Shown here piece after piece: positions 27,290 to 37,559 of a stretch of DNA of 64,000 bases. Every line of letters starts with the position of its first letter. The stretch's first letter is position 1. The notes under the pieces are model-generated. The model was given only the letters and a program-made list of their open reading frames with translations. It made no database searches and was not told the DNA's origin. Position numbers and translations under genes: made by a program. Source of the DNA: an uncultured Holosporaceae bacterium (GTDB lineage: Bacteria > Pseudomonadota > Alphaproteobacteria > UBA3830 > CASESI01). The stretch lies in assembly GCA_949290705.1 (NCBI GenBank), contig CASESI010000022.1:122529-186528 (forward strand), read 5' to 3'.

Positions 27290-30200
27290 TTAATTGTTAA
27301 ATCTTACTTCTTCAAGGCGTAAACTATTTACCCAAAATATATATACTTTCACATTTTTGGCCGTCATTTTTTTAATAGCATAATAATAGAATTTCATCTG
27401 ACTTTTTATATCATTTGTAATAACTTCATTCTTATAAAGTTTAAAATCTATTATTTGTAAATTATCTTCATTATCAATAAGCAAATCTATTCTTCCTTCT
27501 TTATTATCATAATTCTGTTCTATGATAAAAGGCACCTCCGAATAAGCATTATTACAAAAAAACCAATTAAAATTTTCATATATAGCATTAATTTTATTTT
27601 TTAAAAAACTTTTCGCTGGTTCTTCAACAACATAACAATTATCAATAAAATTACACGTGTACAATATAGATTTGGAATCGTTTAAAATTTTTACAGCATC
27701 ATGGAAAACCTGTCCATATGCTCCTTCTTCCGAATAATGTTTTTCTTCAACATTTTTATTAATTATCACTAAATTGAAATTATTAGAATCACAAAAATCA
27801 TATTTCAAATTATTGTGAAATTTTTCATCAAAAGGCTTATCTACTGTAACAATATTAAAATGTTGCCCTAAATGCATAACATCTTTTATTCCGGTTTCTT
27901 CATCACAAAAATCCATAACAGATTTCGCGATGCCATACCATGTTTTAATTTTTCTATTCCTATTTTCCATCCCTGTAATTATCAATGCATCCTTCGCACG
28001 AGTCATTGCGACATACATCAATCTGTAATACTCACCGAGTTGTTTGTATCTATTTTTTTCTAATAATTCGGTAGCTATATTACCTTTTCCATTAACGGTA
28101 TATATAAATAAACCATCATCAAAAAAACATTTATCTGTCTTTATTGTACAAACATTCGCATCAGCCAAAATAACAAAAGGAGCTTCCAATCCCTTTGATG
28201 CATGAACGGTCATTAATTTCACTTCGTTATCAGAACTTGAGTCTGTTTTAAATTCATCTGTTCTATTTAACACCCAAATACAAAATTTAGTAAAATTAGA
28301 TTCATTAAAAGACTCATACTCTAAAATTAGGTCAAAAAAATTTTCAATAATATTCCGTGCAACATCACCAAATCTTGCACAAAAAACTTCTGTATATCCT
28401 TCACACTCAAGTAAAGTTGTAAAAAATTCGTATATCGTAGTATTATTTGCAAGTTGCAACCATTGCGATAATTTTAAATATAAAGCTGGATTTAACTCTT
28501 GCATAACATCGTATAAAAACTTATCATTCCTTTTTGTACTTAACTCAAATAATTCATCTTCAGAAATTGCAAAAAATGGCCCCTTTAATAAAATAGCAGT
28601 ATTCATATCGTCATCTTTACAAGCTATGAATTTTGCCAAAGTTATTAAATCTGACACTATGACAGACTCTGAAATCTTAACTTTATCAATATCTGAAACT
28701 TTTATATTTTCACGACGTAAATCATTTGCAAGTTGTATCATTAAATCAGAACGTTTTTGAAATAATACAAAAAAATCTCCTGCTTCGGCTTTCCGATTTT
28801 TTGACGGAATATATTCTTGTAGCTTTGATTTTATAATATTTGTAATTATTTTAGAATGTCTTAAGATTTGATCATTATCAAGAATTTCGTCACTTGCATT
28901 ATCGTTCTCATCTCTTTTCGTTATCGGGTAAAGTTCAACATAACCACCCAAATTATTAAAAGCATTATGCTGAATTTTTGCATAATTTCCAGCAAAAATA
29001 AATCTATTCACATCCTCAACATTACAAGCATCATCTATAACCTGCAATACAGCTGAATTAGTCCGATAAGATGTATTTGAAAGCTCTTCTTGCCATTTCC
29101 CACCTACAGCTCTAACTTTTGATTTAAAATATTCCTTTGTATTTGTAAAATCACAAACATCAACTCCTTGAAAACTGTATATAGATTGTTTTTGATCTCC
29201 AACAACAAATACACTTCTACCATCATTTTTAGTATCAATATAAAAAAATTCCTCTGTAATTAACTTAATAATCTCCCACTGGTATGGATTAGTATCCTGT
29301 GTCTCATCAACCAATACATGTTTTAGGTCAGTATCTATTTTATATAAAATTTCTTTATGAGTTTCATTTTTCAAAATTTCAATTGCATATTGTATAATGT
29401 CATCATAATCCATCTCATTATTATTCTGTTTCAAGTCTTGATATATATCTATAATATTCTTTAAAAAAATATATAAACTGTAACTTACGACAGCATTTTC
29501 ATAATTAAAATATCGCTCTAAAGCTTGACCTACATAGTCTTGTAATTTCAATGATAGTTCTTTTATTTCCTGATCTTTAGTGGAAACAATCATCTTCCTT
29601 TTTCGATAATCTTTTGTAAAAAAAATATCTATAAACTCTTGAGTCACTTTGTAGTCTGTCGCTAAAAAATTATTTATTATTTTTAATTGTTTACCAAACT
29701 TTTCATCATATCCCAAATAAGTACAAAATTTCCTAAAATCAATCTCATGAGTCTTAATAACTGACTTGAGAAAATTATCTTTATCTATAAAACGAGTACT
29801 TTCAAATTTAATTCCGAATCTTTTTTCATATTCTTGTAACATTTGAATACTATCTTTTTTGAAAAAATTTTTATGCAATAAAACATGGTTAATCATTTCA
29901 AATAATTGATCTTCTGAAAAATATTTAGATAAAATATTCAATGTATTATCTAAAGCACTTTTTGTCCCATATTCTTTTTTTATCAGCGATTGTAAACTTA
30001 TTTTAATCAAAGATTCTTTTTCTGAATCATTTATCACTTTAAAATTTTTATCTAATAAATATTTATATGAATACCTTTCTATAATTGTATTTGCAAAACT
30101 ATGTAATGTTTTTATATTAACTGGATTTTTAATTAAAACATCTTTTAACTTCTTAGCAATTTCAAATGCACTTGTAATATTTTCTATATTTAACTGAGAT

Positions 30201-30415
30201 ACGTATTCATTAAATTCATGTATCGTCAAAGTTGCAAAAGATTGAGCCATGAAAAATAAACGACTCTCCATTTCTGAAGCGGCAGCTTTCGTAAATGTTA
30301 CACATAAAATTTCGGAGGGGAGAACACCACTTAATAACAAAAATATTATCCTATCTATAATCCTTTTGGTCTTCCCGCTGCCAGCTGATGCATTGATCCA
30401 TATTACGTCGCTCAT
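27290..30415 (-). CDS. addA: Double-strand break repair helicase-nuclease AddA (UvrD-family helicase + C-terminal PD-(D/E)XK nuclease)
   Basis: 1041 aa. The N-terminus WINASAGSGKTKRIIDRIIFLLLSGVLPSEILCVTFTKAAASEM is alphaproteobacterial AddA-type. Helicase motifs include VLVDETQDTNPYQW and VMTVHASKGLE-like MTVHASKGLEAP. The nuclease motif is GRIDLLIDNEDNLQIIDFKLYK. Confidence 0.8.
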   Translation of the reverse strand: MSDVIWINASAGSGKTKRIIDRIIFLLLSGVLPSEILCVTFTKAAASEMESRLFFMAQSFATLTIHEFNEYVSQLNIENITSAFEIAKKLKDVLIKNPVNIKTLHSFANTIIERYSYKYLLDKNFKVINDSEKESLIKISLQSLIKKEYGTKSALDNTLNILSKYFSEDQLFEMINHVLLHKNFFKKDSIQMLQEYEKRFGIKFESTRFIDKDNFLKSVIKTHEIDFRKFCTYLGYDEKFGKQLKIINNFLATDYKVTQEFIDIFFTKDYRKRKMIVSTKDQEIKELSLKLQDYVGQALERYFNYENAVVSYSLYIFLKNIIDIYQDLKQNNNEMDYDDIIQYAIEILKNETHKEILYKIDTDLKHVLVDETQDTNPYQWEIIKLITEEFFYIDTKNDGRSVFVVGDQKQSIYSFQGVDVCDFTNTKEYFKSKVRAVGGKWQEELSNTSYRTNSAVLQVIDDACNVEDVNRFIFAGNYAKIQHNAFNNLGGYVELYPITKRDENDNASDEILDNDQILRHSKIITNIIKSKLQEYIPSKNRKAEAGDFFVLFQKRSDLMIQLANDLRRENIKVSDIDKVKISESVIVSDLITLAKFIACKDDDMNTAILLKGPFFAISEDELFELSTKRNDKFLYDVMQELNPALYLKLSQWLQLANNTTIYEFFTTLLECEGYTEVFCARFGDVARNIIENFFDLILEYESFNESNFTKFCIWVLNRTDEFKTDSSSDNEVKLMTVHASKGLEAPFVILADANVCTIKTDKCFFDDGLFIYTVNGKGNIATELLEKNRYKQLGEYYRLMYVAMTRAKDALIITGMENRNRKIKTWYGIAKSVMDFCDEETGIKDVMHLGQHFNIVTVDKPFDEKFHNNLKYDFCDSNNFNLVIINKNVEEKHYSEEGAYGQVFHDAVKILNDSKSILYTCNFIDNCYVVEEPAKSFLKNKINAIYENFNWFFCNNAYSEVPFIIEQNYDNKEGRIDLLIDNEDNLQIIDFKLYKNEVITNDIKSQMKFYYYAIKKMTAKNVKVYIFWVNSLRLEEVRFNN

Positions 30416-30523
30416 GTTTTAATTTTACTTTAATAATTTAATAAAATAAATTTTTAAGATCATTTTTACCTAAAATTAACATTTTTATGACATACTTTAA
30501 GGTAATAAATAAAGGGAATCATT

Positions 30524-32116
30524 ATGGATAAGAAAACATTTAAATTAAGTCTCTGCTGTTTATTTGGAGCCATGTATACTTTACATTCATCTCAAACAGA
30601 TAATTCACAATCATTAGACAACGATGCATCTCTTGCCAATGCTAAAGCTCAACAAGTTAAAATGGATCCTGCAACAAAGCAGCTAGTTTTAAGATACGGA
30701 TTATCTCATGTTTCAGATTCCCATCCTACACAAAAAGAATTGGATCAATTAAAGTCCGCTGGAGTAAGTAGTGACGTAATAAAATTGATCACTGACACAA
30801 AAGAAGGATATCTATATGAACATTTAAAGGTAACAAATAGCATTAACTCTTTAACAGAAATAGCATCTCTAAGTGAACATGATTTAACTCATTATAACGG
30901 CGGCCCATTAACAACAAAAGAAGGCCTTCGTGATTCTGTCAGAGAGGCTTACGAAAAAGTTGTTGAACAAGTTAATCAATCCAAAACATCCAAAGATTTT
31001 AAAATGTTAATACAATGTACAGGTGGTACAACTGACGGCAAAGCTTTGGCAAATGATGGTTCCAATTCTCATAAAGCTGCTCTTGAAAGAGCATTAGAAT
31101 CTGTTTCTGTAACAATAGGTGGAAAAATATACACTGGAATAAAAGACCTGGAACAAATAGAAAAACAACTTCAAGAAACAACAAAATTTACCGATAAAAC
31201 TTATTTGGCAACAGTTGAAGATGCGTTAAGTCAAGCATTAGCAGCCAAAACAAAGGAATACAGTAAAAGTAATAATAGCCAAGGTAATTTCTTAGGATCT
31301 GCAGCTAATGATGTATATTTTAATTACAATGAATTTAAACAATATCAGGAAGAACTCGAAAATGATTCTTTTACAAAAACAGTAAAACAAATGGAAAGAG
31401 ACAACGAAGAAGAATTGAAAAACTATGGAGCTCTTACTGAAAAACAAATGCGTGAAACAATATTACATGAAGCTTCTACAGCGAAAGAAGAACATGATCT
31501 TCATAATACTATTGAATTAACAAATGCTTATGAAGAAGCGATGAAACATCTATCATCTGTTGACATTGAAACTCACGTAAATAATTATACTGGCGAAAAA
31601 CAACTCGCCGGAGATGCCAAAAATGAATTAAGAAATGCATTAAAAACTTTTTATGAAAATATCCCATTAACACATGAAGGAATTGAAACAGCACTTAGAG
31701 TAACAGGTGGAAGTCAAGACGGAACCAGTGACACATCTCACAAAACAAAATTAACAAACCAACTCGAAAATCACCTTGCTCAATTAAAAGAGATTAGTCA
31801 AGCCTTAGCCGAAACAACGAATCAAGGAACAATAACTGCATTACTGAAACAGCAAGAAACACTAGCAATAGAAGCGAAAAAAATTCTTACTGATTATGCA
31901 GAAAAGCATGCATCAGGATCACTACTTAATAAAGCTTCGAACGATGCTTACCTTGACGTCAATGCAATGCAGCAATATATAGAGGAAAGAGAGGAAAAAT
32001 TCCCTGAGCACTTTGGAGAAAAATTGATAGAGAGCTATACCTTACATGAAACGACTACATCTGCCCACACAGCAGCTATAAGTAATGCAAAAAAATCAAA
32101 TACAAACGATAATTAA
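30524..32116 (+). CDS. Secreted hypothetical protein built from two copies of a ~170-190 aa module
   Basis: 530 aa with the signal peptide MDKKTFKLSLCCLFGAMYTLHS. The internal duplication is visible by eye: THYNGGP...CTGGTTDGK...SHKAALERAL...SAANDVYFNYNEFKQYQEELE versus NNYTGEK...VTGGSQDGT...SHKTKLTNQL...ASNDAYLDVNAMQQYIEEREE. Confidence 0.6.
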   Translation: MDKKTFKLSLCCLFGAMYTLHSSQTDNSQSLDNDASLANAKAQQVKMDPATKQLVLRYGLSHVSDSHPTQKELDQLKSAGVSSDVIKLITDTKEGYLYEHLKVTNSINSLTEIASLSEHDLTHYNGGPLTTKEGLRDSVREAYEKVVEQVNQSKTSKDFKMLIQCTGGTTDGKALANDGSNSHKAALERALESVSVTIGGKIYTGIKDLEQIEKQLQETTKFTDKTYLATVEDALSQALAAKTKEYSKSNNSQGNFLGSAANDVYFNYNEFKQYQEELENDSFTKTVKQMERDNEEELKNYGALTEKQMRETILHEASTAKEEHDLHNTIELTNAYEEAMKHLSSVDIETHVNNYTGEKQLAGDAKNELRNALKTFYENIPLTHEGIETALRVTGGSQDGTSDTSHKTKLTNQLENHLAQLKEISQALAETTNQGTITALLKQQETLAIEAKKILTDYAEKHASGSLLNKASNDAYLDVNAMQQYIEEREEKFPEHFGEKLIESYTLHETTTSAHTAAISNAKKSNTNDN

Positions 32117-33378
32117 TCCATGTATTTGATATAAGCATTCACTTGTACTTCTTGAAATTGTTTTTTTGCAATCGATTCCAACTTTTTATTTTGTATCATT
32201 CTTTTCACTTCTTCAAACGAAGGAATGCTATTATTGATAAGTTCTTTACCCTTTGTATAAAAAACAGAAAAACCATTCGGAGTTGGAACAGGAGCACTTA
32301 TCGTACCAGGAGTCAAACCTGCCATAAACCCTTGCACTTCTGGCCGCATCTCTTCTACAATAAACTCTTCATCATTGTAAATTTTAGCCCTTTTATCAAG
32401 ACTTGCTGTCAGCAAAAAGTTATCAACATTTTTCGAATTACGCAATACTTCTTCAGCAACAGATTCCATTTTTTCACGAGGAACAGTAAACTCTATACGT
32501 TGTGCTGTAATCTTTGTCAAACTATTTCCACCTTGTGCTTTCACATTATAAACTTTATAAATCACAAACTCATTGTCATTTTTAATTATTTGAGACACAT
32601 TTCCTACACTTGTTGATGTAATTATAGCAAGTTCATTCTCTTTTAGCTGTGTCTCCTTTACAGCACCTACAAAGCCACCATTTTGAGCCTCTGCCCCTGA
32701 TGAAAAGTTGTTAGCAACAAGTTCAAACGCAACACCCTGAGATAAATAGTACATCGCTTCATTGATTTTTGATCTAGCTTCATCCTCATTTGCCGATGTA
32801 AAAGGAACAGCTATACGCCCCAATATATACGTTTTGCATTTGCTACTTTCTTCAAGTTGGTTGATATATGATGTAACTTCAGAATCTGAAATTTGAATAT
32901 TACCACTAAAACAGTCTACAATAAACCGCCCCCATGACAAATTCGCATCGATCTGTCTGTAGACAAAATCCATAGCTATATTATTTTCTTTCAAAAAACC
33001 ATCAAACTCTTCCCGCGATATATGACTCTGCTTCAAAACATTGTTGAAATATTGGTCAATCTCCTCAACACTAACTAAAGGTTTATTGTCATTAAACCTT
33101 TTGATGAACTCTGTCACCTTCTGCAGTTTCAACAATTCATCAATCATAGCCTTTAGCATATTTGCAAACATTCCTTCTTTTTCGCTTTCAGGAATTTGAA
33201 CATTAGCTAATTTCAAAAAAACCTTTATCCTATTTTCAACATCCAATTTTGTAATAACGTTTCCATTTACAACAACAATAACTTTATTTGTTGTAACTTT
33301 TTTTTTGGCATCATCACCAAACAAAGAACATACACATAAAAAAACATACAAAAAAGAATTACGAAAAAGTCCTCTCAT
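32113..33378 (-). CDS. SurA-like periplasmic chaperone / parvulin-type PPIase
   Basis: 421 aa with a signal peptide. It has a SurA_N-like N-half (VIVVVNGNVITKLDVENRIK) and a parvulin-like region (GGFVGAVKETQL...). It lies divergent from lptFG. Confidence 0.65.
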   Translation of the reverse strand: MRGLFRNSFLYVFLCVCSLFGDDAKKKVTTNKVIVVVNGNVITKLDVENRIKVFLKLANVQIPESEKEGMFANMLKAMIDELLKLQKVTEFIKRFNDNKPLVSVEEIDQYFNNVLKQSHISREEFDGFLKENNIAMDFVYRQIDANLSWGRFIVDCFSGNIQISDSEVTSYINQLEESSKCKTYILGRIAVPFTSANEDEARSKINEAMYYLSQGVAFELVANNFSSGAEAQNGGFVGAVKETQLKENELAIITSTSVGNVSQIIKNDNEFVIYKVYNVKAQGGNSLTKITAQRIEFTVPREKMESVAEEVLRNSKNVDNFLLTASLDKRAKIYNDEEFIVEEMRPEVQGFMAGLTPGTISAPVPTPNGFSVFYTKGKELINNSIPSFEEVKRMIQNKKLESIAKKQFQEVQVNAYIKYMD

Positions 33379-33478
33379 ACAGCTAAAACTGAAACATCCA
33401 AGTCATTATAACAAAAAAATATGCATTTTACATTAATAAACTATTAGTTTACAATTTGTATATACGTTATTTTGGTAT

Positions 33479-34513
33479 ATGAGAATATTATTAAACAGAA
33501 TCACAGTATCATTGTTTTTTACGACTATTCTTGCGAGTATAATTTTGACGTCGTTCGTATGGATATCACAAATCGTAAGATACTTCTTTCTTATCACAAA
33601 ATATAATATTGATATACATGAATTATTGTCATCATCTATTCTTTTACTACCCGACTTTTTAACAACCATCCTGCCGATTTCTTTTGCTATATCAACAGCA
33701 TACATATATGAAAAACTAAGAACTTCCAATCAACTTACAGCCGCTTTATATACTGGTATCAATTACTATGAACTTGCAAAACCACTACTCCTAAATGCTT
33801 ATTTCTTTATGAGTTGTATTTTTATCACCAACTTTTTTATATCCCCGAAATTTTTACACGAATTTAAAGTTTACCAAAGCAACGCTATGGAAAAAATAAA
33901 TTTTCGTAATAAAAGTTCTATTGTAAATTATCGTGGATTATCATTTTTCGTGAAAGAAAAGACCTCTGATAATAAAATAAAAGGGATTGTAGTTTGTGAT
34001 AACAGTAAAGGCACAAATTATACTATGCAAGCAGATTCCGGAGAAATTAACAATGACATCATTAATAACAAAATCGATATAAAATTATCTCATGGATCTA
34101 GAGAAGATTTTCAAAGTTCGTCTCCAAGTATATTTTCATTTAATTCATATGAAACAACAATACCTTACAAGAAAAAAACTTTTGAAAAAAGACCTTACGA
34201 AAAGTTCATTTTTGAATTATTGACGTCAAAATTCGATAAAGATATTTCAGAAGCTCACAAAAAGATTACCTCCCCTCTTCTTGTAATTATATACGCTATG
34301 ATTGTATACCTATTATTGGGAAGCATAGAAGCCAACAGAAAATCAAATATCAAAGCATTATCACTTGCTGCTATTTCTATTGCTCTAATACAGTCTTTAC
34401 AAATTTTGATTTTTAATATATCTGTATCATATAACTTTTTTAATATTCTGTTTTATATCGTTAATCCAGGTTTATGTTTTATATTGTATAAATTTTTGAC
34501 TTATGAAAAATAA
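33479..34513 (+). CDS. lptF: LPS export ABC permease LptF (YjgP/YjgQ family)
   Basis: 344 aa. It has three TMs, a periplasmic insert and three more TMs. It is paired and overlapping with a second paralogous permease. Confidence 0.75.
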   Translation: MRILLNRITVSLFFTTILASIILTSFVWISQIVRYFFLITKYNIDIHELLSSSILLLPDFLTTILPISFAISTAYIYEKLRTSNQLTAALYTGINYYELAKPLLLNAYFFMSCIFITNFFISPKFLHEFKVYQSNAMEKINFRNKSSIVNYRGLSFFVKEKTSDNKIKGIVVCDNSKGTNYTMQADSGEINNDIINNKIDIKLSHGSREDFQSSSPSIFSFNSYETTIPYKKKTFEKRPYEKFIFELLTSKFDKDISEAHKKITSPLLVIIYAMIVYLLLGSIEANRKSNIKALSLAAISIALIQSLQILIFNISVSYNFFNILFYIVNPGLCFILYKFLTYEK

Positions 34514-35588
34514 TATAATTAATGGTTACATTTTTCTGAAAAACGTACGTGTATTTGCACTGTTGATGTTATGTTTCTATATAATTGCCTTTTTCAGTGA
34601 TTGTGCTGAGGTAGCTAGAAAATGTTCAGTACAAGAAATACGTTACACAATTTTTTTTATAAAAATATCGTTTTACAGAAGCTTTGGTATCTTGTGTGAA
34701 ATAATCCCCTACATTTTGTTGATGTCTAACAGTATTATTCTTTCCAAAATTAATTTTACAGAAGAACTTACGGTATTAAAAACTAACGGATTTTCAATTT
34801 TTCAAATACTTAAACCATTCATAATTTTCGCCATAATTGTTGGATTTGTAAATATATTGATCATACACCCTTATTCTATATTAACCGCTCAAAAGACACT
34901 ATTATTAGAACATAAATTACTCGGTGAATCCATTGATAAAAATGAATCTAAATCCAACATTTGGGTTGAAAAATCAGCCGGGAACTTTGAATTGTTAATA
35001 TACGTGAACAATATCTCAAATGATACCCTAAATACTATTAATATTTATACAATGGATAAACAACACCAATTCCAGAATCATATTTTTGCAAAAAGTGCCT
35101 CTATTCGAAATGGAGAATGGATACTATTTAATGGAGCCGAAAGCAAAAAATCGTCAAATACAAAACGATTTAATACTAAAATTTTCAAGACAGACTTAAC
35201 AATTGAGGATATGAAACTTTATTACAAAAGTCCTATGACTTTGAACTTATTCGAAATGTATAAAATATCTAAACTTCGCAAAAACAAAGGTCTTCCTCAT
35301 AACACCTACGTATTTAGTATAAATTTTTTAATTGCTAAAATAATATTCACTTTGATCGCAGCACTATTTCCAGTGATATGTTTCTTCAGACATCACAGAT
35401 ATACAACAAGATGGTTTAATATTTTAGAGGTTACAATTTTTGCATTTTTCTTAAATTTTTTTGTAAATTCTATTAGATCTATTGGAATAAATAGTGAATT
35501 GTCGCCTTTCGTTACATGTTGGATACCAAGTTTGTTATTATTATTTTGCGAAATATTAGCAATTCGATACAAAGAACAAATATCCTAA
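34503..35588 (+). CDS. lptG: LPS export ABC permease LptG (YjgP/YjgQ family)
   Basis: 361 aa with the same architecture as the upstream paralogue. It overlaps lptF by 11 nt. Confidence 0.75.
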   Translation: MKNNIINGYIFLKNVRVFALLMLCFYIIAFFSDCAEVARKCSVQEIRYTIFFIKISFYRSFGILCEIIPYILLMSNSIILSKINFTEELTVLKTNGFSIFQILKPFIIFAIIVGFVNILIIHPYSILTAQKTLLLEHKLLGESIDKNESKSNIWVEKSAGNFELLIYVNNISNDTLNTINIYTMDKQHQFQNHIFAKSASIRNGEWILFNGAESKKSSNTKRFNTKIFKTDLTIEDMKLYYKSPMTLNLFEMYKISKLRKNKGLPHNTYVFSINFLIAKIIFTLIAALFPVICFFRHHRYTTRWFNILEVTIFAFFLNFFVNSIRSIGINSELSPFVTCWIPSLLLLFCEILAIRYKEQIS

Positions 35589-35649
35589 TTAATTATGGTT
35601 AATTTTCTAAAAAATTAATATAATTCAACTAGTACTAATTTGTATTTTT

Positions 35650-37557
35650 ATGTTTAATGAACTTTCACAGACTTTGAGGATGTTGTGTATAGATACAGTT
35701 GTGAATGCCAACTCTGGCCATTTAGGAATGCCACTTGGAATGGCAGATGTGGCAACAACTTTATTTAAAGATTTTTTAGTTTTCAATCCACAGGATCCTA
35801 CATTTATTGGTAGAGATAAATTTGTCTTATCATGCGGACACGGATCTGCCATGCTTTACTCTATTTTATATTTAACAGGATATAAAGGATGGAGCATTGA
35901 TGATTTGAAGCAATTTAGAAAATTAGGATCAAAAACTCCTGGGCACCCAGAATTTGCACCTAATTTAGGAATTGAAATTTCTACTGGCCCACTTGGACAA
36001 GGTATCGCTAATGCAGTTGGAATGGCTATCTCAGCAAAAAAATTAACAACTGAATTTCCTGAACTTGCGCACAATATTTACGTATTTGGCAGTGACGGAG
36101 ATTTCATGGAAGGTATCTCTCACGAGGCCCTTTCTCTCGCAGGAACACTTAATCTCGATAACCTTATAATTTTTTATGATGATAACAATATTACTATTGA
36201 TGGGAATCTAGAATTGTCATGCCAAGATAACAAAATTAAACGCTTTGAATCGTATAATTTTTTTGTGCAACAAATTGATGGACATGATTATAACGCAATT
36301 AATTACGCTATATTAAATGCAAAACTCAGTAAAAAACCAAGCATAATTCTATGTAAAACAAGGATAGGTTATGGCATTCCTGAATTTGAGGGAACATCCA
36401 AAATTCACGGGAAAATTCCTCCAGCGGACATCATAGATGAAGTAAGAAAATCTTGCAATTGGACACCTTTTTCTATACCAAACAAAATATTAAATAAATG
36501 GCATAATTTCTGGGAAAGGAATATTTCAAAATACGAAATATGCAAAAATACAAAAATTTCACATCGCAATATCCAATTTACAGCACCAAACCTGTCAACT
36601 GATGGGAATAAAAATGCATCAACAAAAACATTATTTAATGAAATGATTTCCCAAACACAGAATAATATTCTAATCGGAGGATCTGCCGACTTATCTGAAT
36701 CAAATGGAACAAAAGGAACATGGATGCAAGATATTACAACTAATAATTTTTATGGAAACTATATTAATTACGGAATCCGTGAACATGCCATGGGAGCAAT
36801 TGCAAACGGGATTAATTCCTCAAAAATGTTCTATGCATATATTGGTACTTTTTTAAGTTTTTCAGATTACATGCGTCCTGCCATTCGTATGGCGGCAATG
36901 ATGCGAATTCCATCTATGTTCGTTTTTTCGCATGACTCGATATTCATAGGCGAAGATGGCCCAACGCATCAACCAATAGAACAAATTGATTCTTTGAATT
37001 TAATTCCTAATTTGTATGTTTTCAGACCATATAATAATACTGAACTCTATTATTCACTTAGGTATATTTTTGAATCTGCATGTACTGCATCTTTGTTATT
37101 AACTCGACAAAAAGTAGAAGACAAATCTTGCATAAACGAATTTGATATAAAAAATGGAGCATATATAATTAAAAACTTTTCCAATACTGGATTACCGAAA
37201 ATAATAATTATAGCATCAGGATCTGAAGTTGAAATAGCATTTAGCATTTCTGAGTTAACCAAAAACAAATTTGATATAAGAATTATTTCCGTACCATGTT
37301 TTAAATTGTTTCATGAAACAAAATCAACTTTCAAAAATGAACTGCTATTGTTAAAACAAAAAGTTCCAACTGTTGTCATAGAAGCTTCTACGGCTATTTT
37401 ATTATCCTCAGAAATATCACACAACAATATACCATCTATAAACATAAATTCTTTCGGATGTTCTGCAGATAAAGATTCTTTAAGAAACCACTTTGGTTTT
37501 TCCGAAAAAAATATTATAGAAAAGATAGGAAAAATGTTTCACGTGAAACATTCATAA
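35650..37557 (+). CDS. tkt: Transketolase
   Basis: 635 aa. Motifs are NSGHLGMPLGMADV, the TPP-binding GSDGDFMEGISHEA...DDNNITIDG and the pyrimidine domain GIREHAMGAIANG...EDGPTHQPIEQ. Confidence 0.9.
   Translation: MFNELSQTLRMLCIDTVVNANSGHLGMPLGMADVATTLFKDFLVFNPQDPTFIGRDKFVLSCGHGSAMLYSILYLTGYKGWSIDDLKQFRKLGSKTPGHPEFAPNLGIEISTGPLGQGIANAVGMAISAKKLTTEFPELAHNIYVFGSDGDFMEGISHEALSLAGTLNLDNLIIFYDDNNITIDGNLELSCQDNKIKRFESYNFFVQQIDGHDYNAINYAILNAKLSKKPSIILCKTRIGYGIPEFEGTSKIHGKIPPADIIDEVRKSCNWTPFSIPNKILNKWHNFWERNISKYEICKNTKISHRNIQFTAPNLSTDGNKNASTKTLFNEMISQTQNNILIGGSADLSESNGTKGTWMQDITTNNFYGNYINYGIREHAMGAIANGINSSKMFYAYIGTFLSFSDYMRPAIRMAAMMRIPSMFVFSHDSIFIGEDGPTHQPIEQIDSLNLIPNLYVFRPYNNTELYYSLRYIFESACTASLLLTRQKVEDKSCINEFDIKNGAYIIKNFSNTGLPKIIIIASGSEVEIAFSISELTKNKFDIRIISVPCFKLFHETKSTFKNELLLLKQKVPTVVIEASTAILLSSEISHNNIPSININSFGCSADKDSLRNHFGFSEKNIIEKIGKMFHVKHS
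37535..37550. promoter_or_regulatory. parS: parS centromere-like site, perfect palindrome TGTTTCACGTGAAACA
   Basis: This is an exact 16/16 match to the ParB-binding consensus TGTTNCACGTGAAACA. It lies in the last codons of tkt (MFHVKHS*), 10 nt from the convergent secF stop. Confidence 0.6.
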
Positions 37558-37559
37558 TT

